Notes under the pieces: model-generated
What the model was told of the DNA's origin: nothing
Databases searched by the model: none
What the model saw: the letters and a program-made list of their open reading frames with translations, nothing else
Source of the DNA: an uncultured virus (IMG/VR IMGVR_UViG_3300042273_000539)
Lineage: Duplodnaviria > Heunggongvirae > Uroviricota > Caudoviricetes
Reading direction: 5' to 3' (one strand)
DNA: 20,000 nucleotides
Virus record (IMG/VR): IMGVR_UViG_3300042273_000539
Program-made: the position numbers and the translations under genes
Part shown: positions 1 to 4,827 of the stretch, in pieces
Layout: the number at the start of each line of letters is the position of its first letter
Position numbering within the stretch: the first letter of the stretch is position 1

Positions 1-187
1 CAAAATCATCTTCCACTAAATGAGCAGGTATTTCAACTATAGCGTAAATTTTTGGTTCTACATTCCACTGTTTTCTGTATAAATTCCCTGCTTTTCTTGT
101 TTCTGTTTTGTTCTTACACTTGAAGAAACAAAAACTTGAAGGTGAAATATAACCAGTATCAAAACAAAGACCATAAATTTTATCCAT
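1..187 (-). CDS. Hypothetical protein, 3' end runs off the window (MDKIYGLCFDTGYISPSSFCFF...)
   Basis: ATG at 187 preceded by GAGGT Shine-Dalgarno and promoter copy 1; frame is open to the window edge; not in the ORF track. Confidence 0.75.
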   Translation of the reverse strand, partial: MDKIYGLCFDTGYISPSSFCFFKCKNKTETRKAGNLYRKQWNVEPKIYAIVEIPAHLVEDDF

Positions 188-222
188 TTTTTACCTCTTT
201 TCTTTTGTGATACCTCATTATA

Positions 223-582
223 TCATTTTTTTAGTTTCTTGTCAAGTAGGTCTATCAAATGGATATTATCTATTCTCCTAAAACCACTATAACCCCCATT
301 TAGAACGCTTAAATAACCCTGCCATATCTCTTTTATGTTTATTACACCCCCTATTATGATTGCAATTGGTAAAGCAATAGTAGCAAAAAGTTTACCTAAT
401 ATATTAACTTTCGTATAATACGCAAATCTTTTTTCTTCCGTTTCTTTTAGAAAATATCTTCCATTCTTAAAAATCTTTATTCTAGTAGGCAAAAGTTTGT
501 TATGGTCTTTTCTTGACAACTTTACAATAGCATAACCATTTTTTAACCAATATTCATCAGCAGATATTTTTTTAGTATCCAT
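223..582 (-). CDS. Hypothetical protein with one hydrophobic segment
   Basis: 119-aa ORF, AAGGA RBS, follows promoter copy 2; C-terminus LDKKLKK* is encoded by repeat copy 1. Confidence 0.8.
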   Translation of the reverse strand: MDTKKISADEYWLKNGYAIVKLSRKDHNKLLPTRIKIFKNGRYFLKETEEKRFAYYTKVNILGKLFATIALPIAIIIGGVINIKEIWQGYLSVLNGGYSGFRRIDNIHLIDLLDKKLKK

Positions 583-618
583 TGTTTCATCCTTTCATAC
601 CATCATCATAGCATTTTT

Positions 619-990
619 TTAGTTTCTTGTCAAGTAGGCAGAAAATTCAGCTTCAAATTCTCTCATTCTATTGTTCTTGTGCGTATTAAGAAGTGGTAAA
701 AGCCTTTCCTTTTCTTTGCTAAAGATATTCCATACAATCCTTAAAACATTAGCCATATTTTCATAATCCTCAAAACAGACATCTTTATAATAAAGATAAT
801 AACTATCCTTCACGTTTATTCTCAACAGAAGATTGCCTATCTCTATCTTAGCCCACGATTTAAAGACAGTATTAGCTTCAAATACGGAAGTTTTTACCCC
901 TTCTTTTCTACACGCTATACATATATCTATCACTTCGTGCGCTAGTTTGTTTAGTTCTTTATCAAAAAATCTTTTTTCTTTTCTTGTCAT
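619..990 (-). CDS. Hypothetical protein
   Basis: 123-aa ORF, GAGG RBS just after promoter copy 3; C-terminus LTRN* is encoded by repeat copy 2. Confidence 0.8.
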   Translation of the reverse strand: MTRKEKRFFDKELNKLAHEVIDICIACRKEGVKTSVFEANTVFKSWAKIEIGNLLLRINVKDSYYLYYKDVCFEDYENMANVLRIVWNIFSKEKERLLPLLNTHKNNRMREFEAEFSAYLTRN

Positions 991-1034
991 AACGCCTCTT
1001 TATTATAGCATTTTTTTAGTTTCTTGTCAAGCCC

Positions 1035-1130
1035 CTATCCAAGATGTTTAAAACATAAAATGACCCATATTGCCATAAGAATAGCAAATACACCTACTAA
1101 CCACAACAACCATATACCTAACTGTACCAT
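1035..1130 (-). CDS. 31-aa single-pass membrane peptide MVQLGIWLLWLVGVFAILMAIWVILCFKHLG
   Basis: Manual translation; the ATG lies inside repeat copy 4, whose unique A>G variant creates AAGGA 9 nt upstream; ORF fills the whole inter-repeat unit. Confidence 0.65.
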   Translation of the reverse strand: MVQLGIWLLWLVGVFAILMAIWVILCFKHLG

Positions 1131-1145
1131 TTTTTTAGTTCCTTG

Positions 1146-1316
1146 TCAAGATGCTACAATGCCCATTTTTTCCAGAAAATTTTCCGTGTCCTCGTTTATT
1201 TGGTCTATTGCATTATAGATTGCTTCAAACTTACCCGCAACATCAAACGGTCGTATCACTTCTATTACTTTCATAAACGATTCCCACTTTGCAGAATTGA
1301 TTGCCTCTTGATTCAT
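1146..1316 (-). CDS. 56-aa hypothetical protein MNQEAINSAKWESFMKVIEV...
   Basis: Manual translation; shares the leader GATGGCATGACAAGGGGGCTGT-ATG with the ORFs starting at 1741 and 2526; stop TGA is within TTGACA of copy 4. Confidence 0.8.
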   Translation of the reverse strand: MNQEAINSAKWESFMKVIEVIRPFDVAGKFEAIYNAIDQINEDTENFLEKMGIVAS

Positions 1317-1363
1317 ACAGCCCCCTTGTCATGCCATCATTGTAGCATTTTTTTAGTTTCTTG

Positions 1364-1741
1364 TCAAGCCCCTATTACTTTAAAAGGTTTGTCCCATTTC
1401 CCGATATGAATATCTACATACCACCCCACGTCAAAATAATCTACCATAACATTAGAGTTGTCATGATTGCCAACCATCATAGCATTTCGGCAAGCCTGTA
1501 ATAGTTCAGCGTTTCTACCCGTAAAATGACTATCAATATGATATACATTCACGTCGTGCCTATCCCTATTTGGCATATCTTCAAGAAGATTCAAAGAACA
1601 TTCCTGTATTGTCATAACAATGCTACTTCTATTGCGAACGCTATATGTTGCCTTAATCTTCACATCTGGAAATTGTTCCGCAAGCACTTTTTTGACATTT
1701 TCCACTAATACCTTTTTTCGTTCTTGGTTCATGTAAGCCAT
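1364..1741 (-). CDS. Conserved phage-type protein with DNSNVMVDYFDVGWY motif (resembles LPD25/LPD29-type 'DxMxDYFD' polyvalent-protein domains)
   Basis: 125-aa ORF, AAGGGGG RBS, own promoter (copy 6); family resemblance from recall only. Confidence 0.75.
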   Translation of the reverse strand: MAYMNQERKKVLVENVKKVLAEQFPDVKIKATYSVRNRSSIVMTIQECSLNLLEDMPNRDRHDVNVYHIDSHFTGRNAELLQACRNAMMVGNHDNSNVMVDYFDVGWYVDIHIGKWDKPFKVIGA

Positions 1742-1796
1742 ACAGCCCCCTTGTCATGCCATCATTATAGCATTTTTTTAGTTTCTTGTCAAGCCC

Positions 1797-1889
1797 CTAT
1801 CTGCCGAACTCGGCAAGGGCAATACTTTCCGCTAGTTCATACGGATACCCTAAACTAATATACAAGTCTATTATTTCTTCAAATGTCAT
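1797..1889 (-). CDS. 30-aa peptide MTFEEIIDLYISLGYPYELAESIALAEFGR
   Basis: Manual translation; fills the unit between copies 7 and 6; ATG is 6 nt after the -10 hexamer TAAGGT. Confidence 0.65.
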   Translation of the reverse strand: MTFEEIIDLYISLGYPYELAESIALAEFGR

Positions 1890-1928
1890 ACTAGCACCTT
1901 ACCATTTTTTTAGTTTCTTGTCAAGCCC

Positions 1929-2015
1929 CTAAAATTCGTCATCATCAAAGAAATAGTCGTCAAAATCGTCAAAATCGTCAAACTCAACAGACACAATACT
2001 TTCCCATACTTCCAT
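1929..2015 (-). CDS. 28-aa highly acidic peptide MEVWESIVSVEFDDFDDFDDYFFDDDEF
   Basis: Manual translation; GAGGT RBS; follows promoter copy 8 and stops just before copy 7. Confidence 0.7.
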   Translation of the reverse strand: MEVWESIVSVEFDDFDDFDDYFFDDDEF

Positions 2016-2109
2016 TCAAGAACCTCGCTTCATGCCATCATTGTAGCATTTTTTTAGTTTCTTGTCAAGTAGGTAATGTTTCCACCATTTGGATACACCA
2101 CCCCTACTT

Positions 2110-2162
2110 AGCCATCGTCAGTACCAGTATCACTGGCAGACCGCCCGAAAGCGGTTTCGGCT
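2110..2162 (-). ncRNA. Type II hammerhead ribozyme
   Basis: Minus strand AGCC-GAAA-CCGCU(UUCG)GGCGG-UC^UGCCAG(UGAUA)CUGGUA-CUGACGA-U-GGCU: GAAA, GUC cleavage triplet, CUGANGA core and all three stems are present; predicted cleavage between 2139 and 2138. Confidence 0.92.
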
Positions 2163-2181
2163 TATGTAGGATACCATTTTT

Positions 2182-2526
2182 TTAGTTTCTTGTCAAGAGG
2201 GACAAAGGGCGGATAAAGTCTTGTGATACAACACGCACAGAACGCCCGTTTTCTATACTGATTACAGCTTTCCCCTTGTCGTGTCGGTATTCCTCTACCT
2301 TGCAAGGAATAAGCACACCTTTCCCGCCTTTGGTATGATAGCACGCAATACTTCCCACAGGACACAATTCTTCCGCATTTGTCACAGGGACACCATACGC
2401 CTTTACTCTATAATCAGGTTTTACCCTAGCATAACTCTTTTTTCCAGTAGGACATACGTGTACCCCTAGTGGCTCATTACGATATTCTCCAGCCTTAACT
2501 TGTTCCAGTAAACCATAGTCAGTCAT
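2182..2526 (-). CDS. Hypothetical protein
   Basis: 114-aa ORF with the shared leader and AAGGGGG RBS after copy 10; ends LTRN* in copy 9. Confidence 0.8.
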   Translation of the reverse strand: MTDYGLLEQVKAGEYRNEPLGVHVCPTGKKSYARVKPDYRVKAYGVPVTNAEELCPVGSIACYHTKGGKGVLIPCKVEEYRHDKGKAVISIENGRSVRVVSQDFIRPLSLLTRN

Positions 2527-2987
2527 ACAGCCCCCTTGTCATGCCATCATTATAGCATTTTTTTAGTTTCTTGTCAAGCCCCTAATCGGCAGAACCGACT
2601 AACGATTGACTCGCTCAAAATACCATTTTTTTAGTTTCTTGTCAAGCCCCTCTTGCCTTGCTTGGCAAGCGGAAACGACACGCTTAAAATACTATTTTTT
2701 TAGTTTCTTGTCAAGCCCCTTGCAAGTGTTTTCCTTGCAAGGCGTTGACCGCTTCATACCATTATTTTATCATTTTTTTAGTTTCTTGTCAAGCCCCTCG
2801 CACGTATTTTCTTATAAGGAAAACAGGCGGGCGTGCGTGCGGGCGCACGCCCACGCGATATATCATTATAGCATTTTTTTAGTTTCTTGTCAAGCGGGTA
2901 AAAAATTTTCGTAAATCCTTATAATATATAGAGTTATTTATAATGTTTATTAGGGTATATACAAAAGTTAGAGGGGATTTAAATAGG

Positions 2988-3014
2988 CAAAACCCCTATA
3001 TAATAGGGGTTTTG
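2988..3014. repeat. Perfect 12-bp inverted repeat CAAAACCCCTAT-ATA-ATAGGGGTTTTG (possible terminator or DNA signal)
   Basis: Seen directly in the AT-rich noncoding gap 2895-3102. Confidence 0.7.
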
Positions 3015-3102
3015 AGGCACTTTTTTTGTGGTGGTAGTGCGACACCGATATAGGTATTTTTTAGAAATTTTTTGCTTTTTTTATAAATTTTAGAAAAAAT
3101 TT

Positions 3103-3672
3103 TTAGAAAATTTCAAAATTTTCCCAAAGAACTTTTTTCCCAGCTTTGTCTTTTTCGTAATCAAACAATCTTTGTATTCCAGTTTCAACATGGTAAAAAA
3201 TTACATCACTGCCAGAACGAACTACACATTTTCCTTCATTATTTACTGATATTAAAACTATATGGGTTTTACTAACGAAGTTAGAATGACCCCAAGAACC
3301 TTTACCACTTTGGCTTATTTTGTATAATCTTTTTACCAACTTTTCAGCGGCTGGTGATAAATATTTTTTCTGCTCTTTCTTTAGTTTGTCAATTTTTTCT
3401 TTTTTCTCTTTTCTTTCGGCTTCATCTTCGTCAATGTCAAAATCTTTGTACTGATATTGTTTTCCGCCTACTGCCTTCATAAGTTTTGAAAACGTAGAAT
3501 AAATTTTTGCCTTACTATCCAAAGAAGGTTTATTAAATTCTTCAACCTCTTCTGGTGTTTTAGATCCTGCGTAAAACGATTTGTCATTTACTTTATACAC
3601 GTAAAGATTTTCGCCTTCCGTCCGGTGGGTTACTCTCGCCCCTACGAATGCGTTATCTTTTGTCAATTCCAT
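3103..3672 (-). CDS. Hypothetical protein
   Basis: 189-aa ORF, GGGAGG RBS. Confidence 0.85.
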   Translation of the reverse strand: MELTKDNAFVGARVTHRTEGENLYVYKVNDKSFYAGSKTPEEVEEFNKPSLDSKAKIYSTFSKLMKAVGGKQYQYKDFDIDEDEAERKEKKEKIDKLKKEQKKYLSPAAEKLVKRLYKISQSGKGSWGHSNFVSKTHIVLISVNNEGKCVVRSGSDVIFYHVETGIQRLFDYEKDKAGKKVLWENFEIF

Positions 3673-3687
3673 ATATACCTCCCAAGA

Positions 3688-4044
3688 TTATATGATATGT
3701 TTTTCTTTTTTAGTAAAGTTTTCCTTTACTTGTATTTTGTTTAATAAGTATCTTTTAGAAAAAATGTTTATAGAGCTTTCTTCTATACAATCCTTTGCGT
3801 ACTGAACTGGATTTGCTTTTGCTAGCATAGCCATAGCCATCCATCCACATAACATTTCTTCTAAACATTCTTTAGGCATATTTTTACCATGCCAATATTC
3901 GTAATGGTGCTTTTCTTTTTCTTTATGTTCTTCTTCCAACAGCGACACTTTTTCAATAAGCCTCTGTGATATATTTTTACCTTTTCTTAATAGATGAATA
4001 TATCTGGCAAAAAGAAAATAATGTTTAAAGAAAAAGTTATCCAT
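3688..4044 (-). CDS. Hypothetical protein (start revised to ATG 4044, MDNFFFKHY...)
   Basis: GGAG RBS before the ATG at 4044; the ORF-track extension to 4128 crosses a hairpin. Confidence 0.7.
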   Translation of the reverse strand: MDNFFFKHYFLFARYIHLLRKGKNISQRLIEKVSLLEEEHKEKEKHHYEYWHGKNMPKECLEEMLCGWMAMAMLAKANPVQYAKDCIEESSINIFSKRYLLNKIQVKENFTKKEKHII

Positions 4045-4141
4045 TTGTCTCCAGTTACAAAAAAGTGAAAACTTCTTTGCAACACGTATTAAGTAAATTT
4101 TATATACAACTATAAATGCTAGAAACACCGCCTATCCTTTT

Positions 4142-4318
4142 TTATTTTACAACAGATGCCTTATAATACGTATCAAGTTTACAATCACAATCTGTCTTTG
4201 TCATTGTAGCAGGAATTTGGTTTTTTGTCAACTCTTTTTTCTTCATGTCAACATATACATTAAATAATGCTCTAGATGCTTTTTCTTCTTCGGTGTCTAT
4301 TTCTATTTTAATCTTCAT
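4142..4318 (-). CDS. 58-aa hypothetical protein MKIKIEIDTEEEKASRALF...
   Basis: Manual translation; GGAG RBS; start overlaps the end of the upstream gene. Confidence 0.55.
   Translation of the reverse strand: MKIKIEIDTEEEKASRALFNVYVDMKKKELTKNQIPATMTKTDCDCKLDTYYKASVVK
4203..4231 (-). promoter_or_regulatory. sigma70-type promoter TTGACA-17-TACAAT with extended TG
   Basis: Minus strand TTGACAAAAAACCAAATTCCTGCTACAAT, a diverged relative of the array repeat. Confidence 0.75.
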
Positions 4319-4640
4319 AGGCTATATCTCCTGGTTTTACTGTTGTGTTAATGATTTGCCCTCCTTCTTCATAAGAAACGGAAACATATAGGACTTTTTC
4401 TTTGTTTTCTTCAAACGCTATAGGAACATATTGTACCGTAGCATTATCTACTATCCTTGTAGTGGAGGAAGGGAAAACTCCCTTTCCTCCACATTTTGGG
4501 CAAGTCATGCGATATTCCTTTGCGACACGTATTTCTCTGTTTCCTTTACAGACAGGGCAAGTATCATCTGTTGGAACTTTTACACTAAATTTTTCTTTGA
4601 AAATAGATTTGTCTAATACTTTCTCTAAAAATTTATCCAT
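4308..4640 (-). CDS. Protein with DnaJ-type zinc finger motifs
   Basis: CPVCKGNR ... CPKCGGKG in a 110-aa ORF. Confidence 0.75.
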   Translation of the reverse strand: MDKFLEKVLDKSIFKEKFSVKVPTDDTCPVCKGNREIRVAKEYRMTCPKCGGKGVFPSSTTRIVDNATVQYVPIAFEENKEKVLYVSVSYEEGGQIINTTVKPGDIAYED

Positions 4641-4641
4641 A

Positions 4642-4815
4642 TTATAATTCTTCTACCATTTCCTGTATTTCTTCTTCTTTATCAAAAAATTCTTGCATTG
4701 CTTCGTCATACCATTCCCAAGCATCAACTCCTGAATCTTCAAGTGCTTGGAGTTTTGCTTCTGCGAGAAGCAACTCCAAATACTCTTCTTTTGTTATTTC
4801 TACCATTTCTTTCAT
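4642..4815 (-). CDS. 57-aa acidic phage protein (MKEMVEITKEEYLELL...LEDSGVDAWEWYDEA)
   Basis: Manual translation; AGGAG RBS; fills the gap downstream of nrdJ. Confidence 0.8.
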   Translation of the reverse strand: MKEMVEITKEEYLELLLAEAKLQALEDSGVDAWEWYDEAMQEFFDKEEEIQEMVEEL

Positions 4816-4827
4816 TACTTTCTCCTA

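Larger units (their letters stand above)
217..2894 (-). repeat. Array of 14 near-identical promoter repeats, core CTTGACAAGAAACTAAAAAAATG on the minus strand
   Basis: Copies (-10 to -35) at 217-246, 605-634, 1002-1031, 1121-1150, 1339-1368, 1764-1793, 1896-1925, 2040-2069, 2168-2197, 2549-2578, 2617-2646, 2686-2715, 2764-2793, 2865-2894; unique sequence of about 40-400 bp lies between copies. Confidence 0.97.
217..2894 (-). promoter_or_regulatory. Fourteen sigma70/sigmaA-type early promoters (TTGACA-17 bp-TAnnnT, nearly all with extended -10 TG)
   Basis: Every copy has TTGACA, exactly 17 bp, then TATAAT (x5), TACAAT (x2), TATTTT (x2), TATGAT, TAAAAT, TACAGT, TAAGGT or TATCCT; the T, A and final T of the -10 are invariant. 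Confidence 0.92.

Noticed and set aside
2162..2365. Alternative-frame 67-aa minus-strand ORF
   Set aside because: Overlaps the better supported 2182-2526 gene, which has the shared leader and RBS.
2549..2894. CRISPR array
   Set aside because: The repeat is a non-palindromic consensus promoter, spacers vary from 38 to about 400 bp across the array and many are genes, and there are no cas genes in the window.
833..2914. Plus-strand ORFs with repeated FLVSCQ / FFSFLSS peptides (833-1051, 1024-1218, 1143-1409, 2606-2914)
   Set aside because: These are antisense translations of the promoter repeat; they lack RBSs and oppose the uniform minus-strand transcription.
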